Shown here in pieces: positions 35,796 through 45,130 of a stretch of DNA of 64,000 nucleotides. Numbering within the stretch: the first letter of the stretch is position 1; each line of letters starts with the position of its first letter. The notes below the pieces were generated by a model. It made no database searches. It was given only the letters and a program-made list of their open reading frames with translations, and was not told where the DNA came from. The translations under genes were made by a program, and so were the position numbers. The stretch is taken from sequence record ON529853.1. One strand, 5' to 3'.

Positions 35796-37534
35796 CAGCG
35801 GCGCTCCGCCAGGGCGTGAAGGCGCTGCTCCAGGTCGACCACGCGGTCTTCGATGACGGCGGCCTGGGAGGCGACCTTTTCGGAGGCCGCGTCCAGCATC
35901 GCCTTGGTGTCGTCCTTGATCTGCGCCATCAGGGCGGACTGGCGCGCCTCGATCTGCTCGACCTCGTGAGCGCCGTCGTCGAACAGCTTCTCCTGGAGGG
36001 TCTTCAAGACCTTGACCTCGTCCTTCAGGGCCTCGATCTCCAGGGCGTCCTGCGACGTGGCCTCGTTGACGTCGGGGCCGTACAGCATGGCCTCGCGGCG
36101 TTCCGCGACCCACTCGGCCGGAACGCCCAACAGGGCCGCCAACCCGGCGTCCGAGAAGTCGCCGATATAGTAGCCGCCTTCGCCGTTGCTGGTGGCGCGC
36201 ACATAGTGCTCGTTGAGCGCCTCGCTGATCTTGAGGCGGTCCAGGACGCCCGGCGCCGTCGGCGTCACGGTGTTGTCATGGATGGGCATGGGCGCCGGTC
36301 TGGCGTTCATCGGTTTCTCCGGCTTGGGGGTTTGAGGGGACGAGGATTCGACGAGGCGCAGCACAGGCTTGGCGGCCTTTTTGGAGGCCTTCTCCAGCCG
36401 CCGGGCCTCGGTTTCCGCCTTGCGGGCTTCATTCCGCTCGGTCCAGTCTTCGAGCGACAGCCCGGCCTTGGCGGCGAACTTCAGATTGCGCTTGATCGTC
36501 ATACGGGCCACGCGGTCCGCGTGTTCCTCGGGCGTCATGCTGTCCCAGCCGCCCGTGCGCTTGACCCGGTTGGGGGCCTTGCGCGCCGGCGCCGGCTCGG
36601 AAGGGACCGTCGACAAGACGGGGCGCGCGGCGGCCGGCTCAGGCTTGGCCGGAGGCAGCGGCGCCTTACGGGCCTTGCCGACGAGACGGACGCCGCGACG
36701 GTCGTCACGCGCCTGATCCGAGATCAGCCTGTCGAGCGTCGCCTGATCCTCGGGCGTGCGGGGCGGACGCTGGGCGCCGGCCTGCTTGATCTTGTCGGTC
36801 TGCGCCTTGACGAAGGCGGCGCCCAGCGCGGTGTCGGGGCGGACAGGACGGGAATGCATGGGTTCGGCCTCCTTTGCGGGACGGGGCTGGGGCATGTCCG
36901 TCGCGTTGACCTGCTCCATCAGGGGGATCAGCGTGACGGCTTGTTCATCCAGTTCCGCCATCAGGGTGTGGATTTGCTCAATCCGGTCATCGATCTCGGA
37001 CAGCATGGCGTCGTCCAGAAGGTGATCGCGCCGGGCGCGCTTCAACGCGGCCTGGAGCAGGACTTCTGCGCGCGTCTGGAGATTGGACGGCAGGGCGCGC
37101 CCCTGCTCGGCGTGCTCGATCTCCACGGACGCCATAAGGATCGCCAGCAGAGGGAAGTCCTGATAGAGGACGTCGTATTCCTTCTGGCGCGTGTATTCCG
37201 GGTCGAGCGCCACGCGGCTTTTCAGCTTCTCGCTGAGGTCCGCCAGCGTCGCCTGGCGCTTGTCCTGAGGCACGCAGGCGATCTTGCTGCGCGCGGCGCA
37301 GCTAGGGCAGACGTCCTTGTTGCGGTGGGCGCCCATCTTCCAGCCGAGCCGGCGGCGGAACATCTTGGAGCCGGCTTCCGGCGGCACAGACCCGGCGTTG
37401 TTTGGGATCAGGATGGCGCCCTCGGCGTCGCAGTTTCGGCAGAAGGCCAGAATATGCGATTTGTAATCGTCGGTGCCGGGGACTTTACGGGTTTCGGTCG
37501 GGAACGCGGTACGCGAAGACGCTTGACGAATCAT
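35795..37534 (-). CDS. 579-aa multidomain protein (Zn finger, basic region, coiled coil)
   Basis: CRNC...CPSC; K/R/P-rich middle; SDAGLAALLGVPAEWVAERRE; heptad tail. Confidence 0.85.
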   Translation of the reverse strand: MIRQASSRTAFPTETRKVPGTDDYKSHILAFCRNCDAEGAILIPNNAGSVPPEAGSKMFRRRLGWKMGAHRNKDVCPSCAARSKIACVPQDKRQATLADLSEKLKSRVALDPEYTRQKEYDVLYQDFPLLAILMASVEIEHAEQGRALPSNLQTRAEVLLQAALKRARRDHLLDDAMLSEIDDRIEQIHTLMAELDEQAVTLIPLMEQVNATDMPQPRPAKEAEPMHSRPVRPDTALGAAFVKAQTDKIKQAGAQRPPRTPEDQATLDRLISDQARDDRRGVRLVGKARKAPLPPAKPEPAAARPVLSTVPSEPAPARKAPNRVKRTGGWDSMTPEEHADRVARMTIKRNLKFAAKAGLSLEDWTERNEARKAETEARRLEKASKKAAKPVLRLVESSSPQTPKPEKPMNARPAPMPIHDNTVTPTAPGVLDRLKISEALNEHYVRATSNGEGGYYIGDFSDAGLAALLGVPAEWVAERREAMLYGPDVNEATSQDALEIEALKDEVKVLKTLQEKLFDDGAHEVEQIEARQSALMAQIKDDTKAMLDAASEKVASQAAVIEDRVVDLEQRLHALAERR

Positions 37535-38313
37535 AGGCGGCGCAGACCCAGGCTGGAGACGCGGCCGCCGTCGTAGAGCACTTCGCGAACGACGTAGTCG
37601 CCCCAGAGGTCTTCATTGTCCGTGCGGTCCCAGTCGAGCGACAAGGTCGCGTGGGTCTCGGCCAGGTCGATTTCGGCCTGTGTGAGGGTCAGGCTGACGT
37701 CGTCCATATCGGAGAAGATCAGCGTGACCGCGTGGCCGTCGGGCGTTTCAACCCCTGGCAGTTCACCGACCGAGGCAAAACGGCCGTCCTCCATCTCGGC
37801 GGGCGGGCGCAGGAACCAGGCGCCGTCGTTCTCGTCGCGGTAGATGGTCAGGGCGGCGCCGTCGCTCAGGGGATGTTCGGTCTGAAGCATGCCCACCGCG
37901 TGTACGGCGTAGGTGGTGCCGCGTTTCTTATGCCTCAGCGTGGGCCGCTCGGCCGCCTCCGTCAACAGGACCAGCGCGGTCTGGACGGCCTCGGCGCGCT
38001 CGTCGCGCATCCTGATCTCTCTCGCCATTTCTTCGCGCGAGAAGGAGCCCTTTTCCGTCCCTTCGGACAGGCGGTCCAGCCTCTTGGACTCGTGCCGATC
38101 GTCGATCAGCAGCGCATTGAGCACCGCCAGAGCCTTGCCGGCGCGGACGCCGTCGATGGGGCGGGTCAGTTCGTCCACGATGTCCCGGTGCTCGACCAGG
38201 GCCTGACGGGCCACGGTGCGATGGTGGTCGCTGTAGAGATTGCCGTCGGTGTCCAGAACCGCCTGATGCTGACGTATCTGCTCGCGGTGATAGGCTAGGG
38301 TGCGCTCGAACAT
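37531..38313 (-). CDS. DUF1653-like domain protein
   Basis: LRHKKRGTTYAV...TIYRDENDGAWFLRPPAEMEDGRF. Confidence 0.6.
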   Translation of the reverse strand: MFERTLAYHREQIRQHQAVLDTDGNLYSDHHRTVARQALVEHRDIVDELTRPIDGVRAGKALAVLNALLIDDRHESKRLDRLSEGTEKGSFSREEMAREIRMRDERAEAVQTALVLLTEAAERPTLRHKKRGTTYAVHAVGMLQTEHPLSDGAALTIYRDENDGAWFLRPPAEMEDGRFASVGELPGVETPDGHAVTLIFSDMDDVSLTLTQAEIDLAETHATLSLDWDRTDNEDLWGDYVVREVLYDGGRVSSLGLRRL

Positions 38314-38340
38314 GGGGCCTCCGTTGACGTTAGGGGCGTT

Positions 38341-38366
38341 GTAAAGGAACGATTTGAGGCTGTCAA
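38341..38366 (-). promoter_or_regulatory. conserved early promoter
   Basis: gtaaaggaa-N11-tgtcaa; -35 contains upstream stop. Confidence 0.8.
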
Positions 38367-39049
38367 CCGAGGGCGTCGGTGAAAGCCTTCTGGCGGTCCG
38401 GGGTCAGATGGACAAACGTCGACACCGCCCAGAACGAAAGGTCCTGGGCGCCGGCCTGATCCAGAATGACGGACTTGGCGGCGGCGAAGGCCTCGTCATA
38501 ATTCTCCGCCTCCAGCCAGGTGATTTGATCGTTGACCTCCACGCTATAGGCTTGGTCCTCCTTGACGTAACGAAGCCACCCTACGGGGTTGCCCTCGACC
38601 GCGAGGATGCATTGCAGCGACAGGTCGGAGCGGGGCGGCAGCCGGCTGGTGACGTCCTGGACTGTGATCTGATCCCGCACAGGGTAGTCGGCCGTGGCGG
38701 CGATCGTCATCAGGGCGTCGTCGCGCAGGGCCTCCAACTTGGCGCGCACCGCCGCGAACGATTCGCCCTGGAAGTCCCGCATCAGGATTTTCAGGGTGTG
38801 CAGCGTCCGCAAAGCGGCGTCGCAAACCGCCTTGTTCGGGGCCAGGCCCTCGGGGCTGGCGGCGATGAAACGCACCGGGTCATAGCCCACGACCTTGCCG
38901 TCGTCGGCGGCGACCCGGCACCATTCCTGGGCGCCGCAGCCGGAGTGTCCGTCGTAGGAGGAATGGACCCGGTAGGCGCGGCCGGCGGTCATGCGGTCGC
39001 TGTCGAGCAGGTTGACGACAAGCTGATTGGCGGGGAAGGTGAAGGACAT
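38363..39049 (-). CDS. hypothetical protein
   Basis: GGAG RBS, 228 aa. Confidence 0.8.
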   Translation of the reverse strand: MSFTFPANQLVVNLLDSDRMTAGRAYRVHSSYDGHSGCGAQEWCRVAADDGKVVGYDPVRFIAASPEGLAPNKAVCDAALRTLHTLKILMRDFQGESFAAVRAKLEALRDDALMTIAATADYPVRDQITVQDVTSRLPPRSDLSLQCILAVEGNPVGWLRYVKEDQAYSVEVNDQITWLEAENYDEAFAAAKSVILDQAGAQDLSFWAVSTFVHLTPDRQKAFTDALG

Positions 39050-39060
39050 GCGGGCTCCTG

Positions 39061-39861
39061 TCAGAAGGGGCGGATGACGGCGTCGGTCAGGCGGATCGCC
39101 AGGGGATCGCCAGAGGTGGAGTAGCGCAGGAAGACATCGGCGGCGCCTTCGGCGATCAAGCGCCGCACCGTCTTGATGTCGACGCTCCAGGCGTCTTCGG
39201 CCAGGGTGACGGCGCCGGGGTTAGAGACGTCGCCGATGACCGACTTGACCGACCACCGCCCGCCTTGGGTCTTGAACAGGCTGTAGGCGTTGCCAGGCTC
39301 CAGCATCCGGCGCATGACTTCCGCGTAGGCGGCTTCAGCCGCCTTGACCTTCTCGGCGGCGGCCCGCGCCGCACACATACGGCGGGCGGTCCGGCGCATC
39401 TCCCGCTCGTTGGGCTGGAGGCCCGACCACAGGGTGTCGCCGGCGAGACGCACGGCGAAGCCGTAGCGCCGGGTCACATTGAAGACGGACTGGTTGCGAC
39501 CCACCAAGGGCACGAAGACCTTGCGGAGCGACTGGACGTCGTCGGCGCGCGCCTCGGGCGAACGGGCGAAGAGTTCCGCACTGGTCAGGGCGACGCCGCT
39601 GTCGTCCAGACTGGCGACCCAGAACCAGCCGCGACGCCAGTCGTAGCCGGGCTCGTCGCTTTCGATCGGTCCTTCTTCCGGCTCAAACTGCGGCCAGGTG
39701 GCGTGGGTTTCGGCCCTGAGTTCGCTGGTGGCGAAATGGCTCCTGAGCGCCATGTCTTGCGCCGCTTTCAAGGCGGAGGCCTCGTCGCGCGCCATGACGT
39801 GAACCTGAATGCGGTTGGTCTGCGTGACCAAGACGCTGTAGTTCCGATATTCGTCGCTCAT
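39061..39861 (-). CDS. hypothetical protein
   Basis: GGAGG RBS, 266 aa. Confidence 0.8.
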   Translation of the reverse strand: MSDEYRNYSVLVTQTNRIQVHVMARDEASALKAAQDMALRSHFATSELRAETHATWPQFEPEEGPIESDEPGYDWRRGWFWVASLDDSGVALTSAELFARSPEARADDVQSLRKVFVPLVGRNQSVFNVTRRYGFAVRLAGDTLWSGLQPNEREMRRTARRMCAARAAAEKVKAAEAAYAEVMRRMLEPGNAYSLFKTQGGRWSVKSVIGDVSNPGAVTLAEDAWSVDIKTVRRLIAEGAADVFLRYSTSGDPLAIRLTDAVIRPF

Positions 39862-39891
39862 GAGCCCCCCTCCGAATCTATTCTACGTCAC

Positions 39892-39920
39892 TCCCTACGG
39901 CAGTGATTGCCGGCTGTCAA
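39892..39920 (-). promoter_or_regulatory. sigma70-type promoter (variant)
   Basis: TTGACA-N17-TAGGGA; -35 contains upstream stop. Confidence 0.7.
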
Positions 39921-40429
39921 CGACCTAAAGCCAGAACGTCATTCTCCGTAAGCACGGGCCTCGACGACAGCGCCTTGACCACCTCGGTCCAGAGCGTGGC
40001 CCGCTTCAGGCGAGCGTGGGCCATCAGCTTCTCCAGGGCGCCGGACGTATCGAAAACAGCCCGGATGCCGAAGTCGTGCATGGCTTGGGTCTGCGCCTGT
40101 GCGATCTTCTCACCATGTTGGGTCAAGACCGGCTCGATTTGCGCGCGATAGGTGCGGAGCCCTTCGCCGGCGTCTTCCCAGGCCTGGTCCAGCATCGACT
40201 TCAGCGTCATGATCTGGTCGACGTCGCTGCTTCGGGTGATGATGGTGTCCGGCGGGATCGGGACCAGTTCGTCCTTGGGGTCTCGATCGTGGCGTAGTCC
40301 CAGGCATCCGCCAGGAAACTCATAGAGGAGCCGGTAGACCGCACACGATCCGGGATCGCCGACGATGTCCGCCACCAGGGCATAGGCATGCTGGGTCACT
40401 GCATGGGCGGGATCAGGGGTCAGGGTCAT
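39917..40429 (-). CDS. hypothetical protein
   Basis: 170 aa. Confidence 0.75.
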   Translation of the reverse strand: MTLTPDPAHAVTQHAYALVADIVGDPGSCAVYRLLYEFPGGCLGLRHDRDPKDELVPIPPDTIITRSSDVDQIMTLKSMLDQAWEDAGEGLRTYRAQIEPVLTQHGEKIAQAQTQAMHDFGIRAVFDTSGALEKLMAHARLKRATLWTEVVKALSSRPVLTENDVLALGR

Positions 40430-40716
40430 GCGCCTTGGATGTCCTTGCGATAGTCGTCGACCACGCCGATCGACCGGCCGATCGCCTCGATCGCCTTATC
40501 CAGATCGAAAGCGGCCGCGACGAGGTAGGGGAAGATGTCGTGGTCGTACCAGCACTCCAGGACGAAGTCCCAGCCGCCGTCCTCATAGTGAGCCTGGGCG
40601 TAGGCCTGCACGTCGGCGATCAGGGCGCGCTGCTCCGGCGTCGCGGCCGCCATGGCGGCCTTGCCGGCCTCCTCCTGGGCCACGAACTCCTCGTGCGAAG
40701 TCGGCGTCTTATACAT
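40426..40716 (-). CDS. conserved phage hypothetical protein
   Basis: AYAQAHYEDGGWDFVLECW motif. Confidence 0.75.
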   Translation of the reverse strand: MYKTPTSHEEFVAQEEAGKAAMAAATPEQRALIADVQAYAQAHYEDGGWDFVLECWYDHDIFPYLVAAAFDLDKAIEAIGRSIGVVDDYRKDIQGA

Positions 40717-41059
40717 TCGGGTTCTCGCGTTGCAGCTTTTCAAGCCGGCGTCGCCAGCCTTGAATCCAGGTGTTGACGCGCCCGCGCATGTAGACGTCCG
40801 ACAGCGGCCCGGCGCTTTCGACGAAGACCACCGTGAAGGCGTCCAGCGCCTTGATGCCGTCTTCGATGCTGTGCGTCCGATTGCCGAAGGCGCGCAGGAC
40901 ATGACGTTCCGCCACGGCGTCGATCAGTGCGTTGGACGCGCCGGAGCGTTCCAGCGCCTCGTAGGCGTCCTCGTTCATCGCCTGGGCGAACTGACCGATG
41001 ATCAGATCAAGGCGCTTGCTGTGCTCGGCCTTGAGGGCGGCGTAGGCGTCGTAGGGCAT
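40709..41059 (-). CDS. hypothetical protein
   Basis: 116 aa. Confidence 0.75.
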   Translation of the reverse strand: MPYDAYAALKAEHSKRLDLIIGQFAQAMNEDAYEALERSGASNALIDAVAERHVLRAFGNRTHSIEDGIKALDAFTVVFVESAGPLSDVYMRGRVNTWIQGWRRRLEKLQRENPNV

Positions 41060-41559
41060 CAGAAGTCCACCTGGGTGCGGAAGTCGAGAATACGGAAGAA
41101 GCGCGACCCGGCGTCGTCGAAGAACCGCTGCGCCTCGCCAAGGTCGTCGAAATGACGGGAAATGCGGTGGGCCGCGAAGGCGTCGGCCCTGGCGAACCCC
41201 GCCGCCTTGACGAAGCCCTCCACGTCATAGGTGAAGTCCACCGAGTCGACCGTCAACTTCAAGGCGAAGCAGTTGGTGCGGACCTCGGCCAGGGTCGCGC
41301 TGGTGTCGCGATAGGGGTCATTGGTCAGCATCGCCGGCGCGTACCCGCCCCTGGCGTAGGTTTCATTGGCGCGCTGACGCATCATCTGCGCCGTGTCCAG
41401 CTTGGCCTGATTGACCGCGACCGTCAGCCGCGTCTTGGCCTTCAGGCGCTCGGACTCGGTAATGCGTTCGTGCAGACGTTGTTGGCTCGCCAACAGTTCA
41501 GCCATGGCGACCGGGGTCACGACGCCTTCAGGCGCTTGTTTCGGGTCCGGCGTCTGCAT
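41059..41559 (-). CDS. hypothetical coiled-coil protein
   Basis: GGAGGG RBS (MQTPDP...). Confidence 0.75.
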   Translation of the reverse strand: MQTPDPKQAPEGVVTPVAMAELLASQQRLHERITESERLKAKTRLTVAVNQAKLDTAQMMRQRANETYARGGYAPAMLTNDPYRDTSATLAEVRTNCFALKLTVDSVDFTYDVEGFVKAAGFARADAFAAHRISRHFDDLGEAQRFFDDAGSRFFRILDFRTQVDF

Positions 41560-41593
41560 GGGAAAGCCCTCCTTGTTGTCGTCAAGGTGGGCT

Positions 41594-41619
41594 GTAAAGG
41601 AATGATTCGAGGTTGTCAA
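41594..41619 (-). promoter_or_regulatory. conserved early promoter
   Basis: gtaaaggaa-N11-tgtcaa; -35 contains upstream stop. Confidence 0.8.
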
Positions 41620-41903
41620 GCGGCGACCGCCACGGGGCGTCGTTTTCTGGGCGGCCCCTTGATCCGGGGCGGTTTGAGCGTGGCCGGCGCCGTCCGCAGT
41701 CCGGCGAACTTGCCGTTGCGGGTGACGCCCACGGGATCGACGCCGGCGATATACCAGCGCTTGTCCTTCTCGTAGATGTAGGCGACCCCGTCCGGGTCTC
41801 TCATGTTATAGCAACGAAACTCGCCTTCCCACCCGCTCGGGAGCGGGACGATATAGACCGCCGCCGGCGTCCCGCGCGGCGGTTTTACGCTGTAGTCCAT
41901 CAT
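41616..41903 (-). CDS. hypothetical protein
   Basis: MMDYSVKPP... Confidence 0.7.
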   Translation of the reverse strand: MMDYSVKPPRGTPAAVYIVPLPSGWEGEFRCYNMRDPDGVAYIYEKDKRWYIAGVDPVGVTRNGKFAGLRTAPATLKPPRIKGPPRKRRPVAVAA

Positions 41904-42151
41904 TCCTTGACGGCATCCTGCATCACTTTGCGCACCCACTGCGCGGTTTCCTGGGTCTGGTAGCGCGCGATCACGATCTCGCCCTGCGCGCTGATCTCGA
42001 TGACGCCCAGGCGCCCTGAGGCGCCGGCGGGCGGCAGGGTGCGCACCTCGTAACGGGTGGCGGGACGACGTCTGCGCGGCGCGGCCAGGCGGGCGTCTAT
42101 ACGCTCCGCCAGGCGCTTCATGGCCTGCTTCTTTTCAGCCTTCTTGCCCAT
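41900..42151 (-). CDS. basic hypothetical protein
   Basis: 83 aa. Confidence 0.65.
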   Translation of the reverse strand: MGKKAEKKQAMKRLAERIDARLAAPRRRRPATRYEVRTLPPAGASGRLGVIEISAQGEIVIARYQTQETAQWVRKVMQDAVKE

Positions 42152-42153
42152 GC

Positions 42154-42390
42154 TCAGAACACCTGCTCGTGGTCGACGAAGGCGGTGCCGTCGGGCAGGG
42201 CCGTGATGAACCGGTCCGGGGATTGGACGGCGGCTTCGACGACCGCGTCGATGTCGGCCTGCCAGCCGTCGTTATGGCTGCGGCGGTCAGCCGCCATGAC
42301 GTCCTTGAAGCGCGCGATGCAGGCTTCCGGCGAGGCGGCGAAGATTTCGACCGGCAGATGGCCGCGAAACTCTGTGGTGAAACGATACAT
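42154..42390 (-). CDS. hypothetical protein
   Basis: GGGAGGACCC RBS. Confidence 0.75.
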   Translation of the reverse strand: MYRFTTEFRGHLPVEIFAASPEACIARFKDVMAADRRSHNDGWQADIDAVVEAAVQSPDRFITALPDGTAFVDHEQVF

Positions 42391-42419
42391 GGGTCCTCCC
42401 TAATGGTCGTCAGGGCTTT

Positions 42420-42448
42420 GTCCTAGAGGGGCGAATGCCGCTTGTCAA
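42420..42448 (-). promoter_or_regulatory. sigma70-type promoter (variant)
   Basis: TTGACA-N17-TAGGAC. Confidence 0.7.
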
Positions 42449-42464
42449 CGCTCTCACGCCAACG

Positions 42465-42497
42465 AAAAAAGGCGGCGGACTGGTGTCCGCCGCCTCT
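42465..42497 (-). terminator. intrinsic terminator ending the hfa-like operon
   Basis: aggcggcggac-acca-gtccgccgcc-tttttt. Confidence 0.9.
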
Positions 42498-42521
42498 CTT
42501 GTTTGCCTTAGGTCCGAAGAC

Positions 42522-43502
42522 TTACGGGCGGGTGTTGATCGAGACCGAGGTGCCGATCGACTGGGCGGCGCCCGTCAGCGACCCGAAGCTGGAACCCGCG
42601 ATCGACAGGTTCGAGACCTGGGCCGAGTTGTGGTTCTGCGTGGTCACGCCAGCCACGATGTTGCCACCGGCCGACAGGTTGACCACGCCGCCGAAGGCCG
42701 AGGCTGCCAGGTTCGTCTTGCCGTTGAAGTTCGACCCGCCGAAGACCGTCAGGTTGGCCGTCTGGGACGAGCCCTGGTAGCCGTCCAGCCCGAAGTAGTT
42801 CGAGCCACGACCGTTTGCCTGCTCGATGGCGTAGGAGCCGCTTTGGGCCGAATCGTACTCGATGATGCCGCCGACGGCGAGCGAGCGCAGGTCGGTGTCA
42901 CGGGCAAAGGCGTTCCCGCCGAAGACCGTCGTATTGGCGAGTTGGGCACCGACGTTCGACTGCTGGAAGTTGGCGCCGTTGGTCACGGTGACGCCGCCGT
43001 AGACGGATTCACCCGAGATCGCGTTGCCGAACGCCGTCGCGCCGCCCGCCAGGTCGCCCGACACCGAGGTCGATTCGATGCTGACGTTCGCGTTCTGACG
43101 CACGGTGTTCGACTGACGCAGGCCGGTGACGGACAGGCTGTCGTCGGCGGACAGGTTGGCCGAGTTGCCGCCGGCGGTGCCGGTGAACGAGGTGTCGCGA
43201 CCGACGACCGCGCCATTGACGCTCAAGTTGGCGGTCTGGCCGCCAGCGGGGCCGTTCAGTTGATCGACGCGGCCGGGGACGAAGATGTTGTCGGCGGCGT
43301 TGACCTCCAGAGAGGTGCCCATGGCGATCGCGCGGCCCGTCAGGGCCGAGCCCACCGTGATGCCGTCGATGCTGACGTTCGCGGTCTGCGGCGAGCCGCT
43401 GGCGTTATGCAGGTAGCTGCCGTTGACGGTCACCGACTGCGCCGAAGCGGCGCCGGCGAACAGGGCGACCGAAGCGGCCGCCAGAAGGAAAGTCTTACGC
43501 AT
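42522..43502 (-). CDS. secreted repetitive beta-solenoid protein, HfaD-like
   Basis: Sec signal; G/S/T/N/A-rich; about 6 repeats with QxAN(L/V)S(V/I), AxG(N/T), QxN; third gene after CsgG homolog. Confidence 0.6.
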   Translation of the reverse strand: MRKTFLLAAASVALFAGAASAQSVTVNGSYLHNASGSPQTANVSIDGITVGSALTGRAIAMGTSLEVNAADNIFVPGRVDQLNGPAGGQTANLSVNGAVVGRDTSFTGTAGGNSANLSADDSLSVTGLRQSNTVRQNANVSIESTSVSGDLAGGATAFGNAISGESVYGGVTVTNGANFQQSNVGAQLANTTVFGGNAFARDTDLRSLAVGGIIEYDSAQSGSYAIEQANGRGSNYFGLDGYQGSSQTANLTVFGGSNFNGKTNLAASAFGGVVNLSAGGNIVAGVTTQNHNSAQVSNLSIAGSSFGSLTGAAQSIGTSVSINTRP

Positions 43503-43651
43503 TGAGATATTCTCCCGTTGATGAATGGACGAGGCTCGAATGAGCCCCGCTTAATCCCGACCGCTGAACTGGGAGCGGTCGTCCCTCCCGCCGGGAAGCC
43601 CCGGAGGTTGGCGACGCGGCGACCCAGGGCCGCCGCGAATAGGGGTGCGGC

Positions 43652-44536
43652 TTACGACCGGAAGCTGGCGTCGACGAGCGGCGCGCAGTCGCGGAAGTAG
43701 TTGCCGTAGAGCGGGTTCAGCAGTTCCAGCGTGGCGTATTCCAGCGTGGCGCGGACGCCGAGTTGGAGCGGCTCCTGGCCCTGCTTGCCGGTGTTGATGT
43801 CCACCAGATAGTCGCCGAAGAAGCGGAACAGGCCGGCGCGGGTCTCGTAGCCGATGATCTGCTTCTGTACCGAGACGGTCTTGACGACCTTCAGCGACTT
43901 GGTGTCGACCAGTCGCAGGTCCACCGCCGTGTTGATCACGTAGTAGCGCATGCCGGCCTCGAACAGGCTGACGCCCAGTTCGGCGCCGCCCGAGACGATG
44001 TCGTAGTTGACCTCGGTGATGCCGCCGACGATGTAGTAGTCGGAGCCCTGATACTGACCAGCGGTCAGGTTCAGGCGGCGCAGCGTGGCGGCCTGAGGGT
44101 TCGCGGGATCGTAGGCCGGGTCCTGGATCAGTTGGTTCTGGGTCAGGGTGGCTTCGTTGGAGGCGATGTCCATGTCGAAGCGCTCGACCTGTTCGATGCC
44201 GTCCAGCTTGCCCAGAGCCGACATGACCATGAGCGAGCCGCCTTGGGTGATGCGGAAGCCGCCTTCACTGGCCTCGTTCGAGAACTTGCCGGTGTAGTCG
44301 CGGATTTGGCCCACGGCGATGCGGTTCGGAACCACGCTTTGACGCGTCGCCTGGGCGAAGCATTGCATGGCGGGGTCCATCGGGCTGGAGTTCAGCGTCG
44401 GGCGGGTGCCGACCACGACCGGGGCCTGGCCCTGGGCGTTCAGAACCGGCGAGACCGGGGCGGAGGTCGAAGCGCAGGCGGCCGTCGACAGAGCCAGCGC
44501 CGACAGCGCGGCCAGAGAGATGATGCGATTTTTCAT
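43652..44536 (-). CDS. hfaB: CsgG/HfaB-family outer-membrane lipoprotein secretin
   Basis: STAA-C lipobox; IAVGQIRDYTGK, QVERFD, YYIVGGITEVNY, VDLRLVDTKSLKVVKTVSVQKQI, EPLQLGVRA. Confidence 0.85.
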   Translation of the reverse strand: MKNRIISLAALSALALSTAACASTSAPVSPVLNAQGQAPVVVGTRPTLNSSPMDPAMQCFAQATRQSVVPNRIAVGQIRDYTGKFSNEASEGGFRITQGGSLMVMSALGKLDGIEQVERFDMDIASNEATLTQNQLIQDPAYDPANPQAATLRRLNLTAGQYQGSDYYIVGGITEVNYDIVSGGAELGVSLFEAGMRYYVINTAVDLRLVDTKSLKVVKTVSVQKQIIGYETRAGLFRFFGDYLVDINTGKQGQEPLQLGVRATLEYATLELLNPLYGNYFRDCAPLVDASFRS

Positions 44537-44542
44537 GGTGTG

Positions 44543-45040
44543 TTATGCGCCCCCGCCCGGTTGACCATTCGTCTGCGAGCCGGAGCCCGTGTTCGTGTTG
44601 GTCTGGTTGCCCTGGTTCGTGACGGTGTTGTCACGAATGGTGGTCGTGGCGTCCTGGGTGTTGCCCGTCGAGGTCTGGTTGTTGCTGACCTGATTGGACG
44701 AGCCCGAGCACGACAGCGAGGCGCCGACGGCGGAGGCCGTGCAGTTGTTGTTGGTCACCGACTGGTCGATGAACTGGAACACGTTGTTAGTGTTCGCGGC
44801 CGAGCCGCCCAGCAGGCCCCCGGCGCCGGCCACGGCGGCGGGATTGCCGGCCTGAAGCTGGTCGAAATAGCCCGCCTTGTTCAGTTCGAACAGTTGCAGG
44901 CTGTTCTGCTTGACAGCGCGGTCGCTGGCCGTCCCGAAGCGCCACGGCGCGTCTTCGCCGATGGAGCGGTCCTGGGCGTGGGCGGCGCTCGCCGCCATGG
45001 CGAGAGCGACAGCAGCCCCCGCGAGAATCTTCATCCTCAT
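44543..45040 (-). CDS. secreted N/Q/T/S/G-rich protein, HfaA/curlin-like
   Basis: Sec signal ending AHA-Q; polar low-complexity C-terminus; first gene of the operon. Confidence 0.6.
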   Translation of the reverse strand: MRMKILAGAAVALAMAASAAHAQDRSIGEDAPWRFGTASDRAVKQNSLQLFELNKAGYFDQLQAGNPAAVAGAGGLLGGSAANTNNVFQFIDQSVTNNNCTASAVGASLSCSGSSNQVSNNQTSTGNTQDATTTIRDNTVTNQGNQTNTNTGSGSQTNGQPGGGA

Positions 45041-45130
45041 GTAAAAAGTCCCTCCGTATCGGCGCGTGCGCCTTGATGATGGGCCGGGGCGCGGGAGAGT
45101 TCCCGCCGACCCCGGTCAGTGATCGAGGGT

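Noticed and set aside
20037-45076. Long plus-strand ORFs (e.g. 20037..21482, 35816..37576, 43763..45076, 10579..11691)
   Set aside because: Antisense shadows of real minus-strand genes, typical of high-GC codon bias; no RBS or motifs
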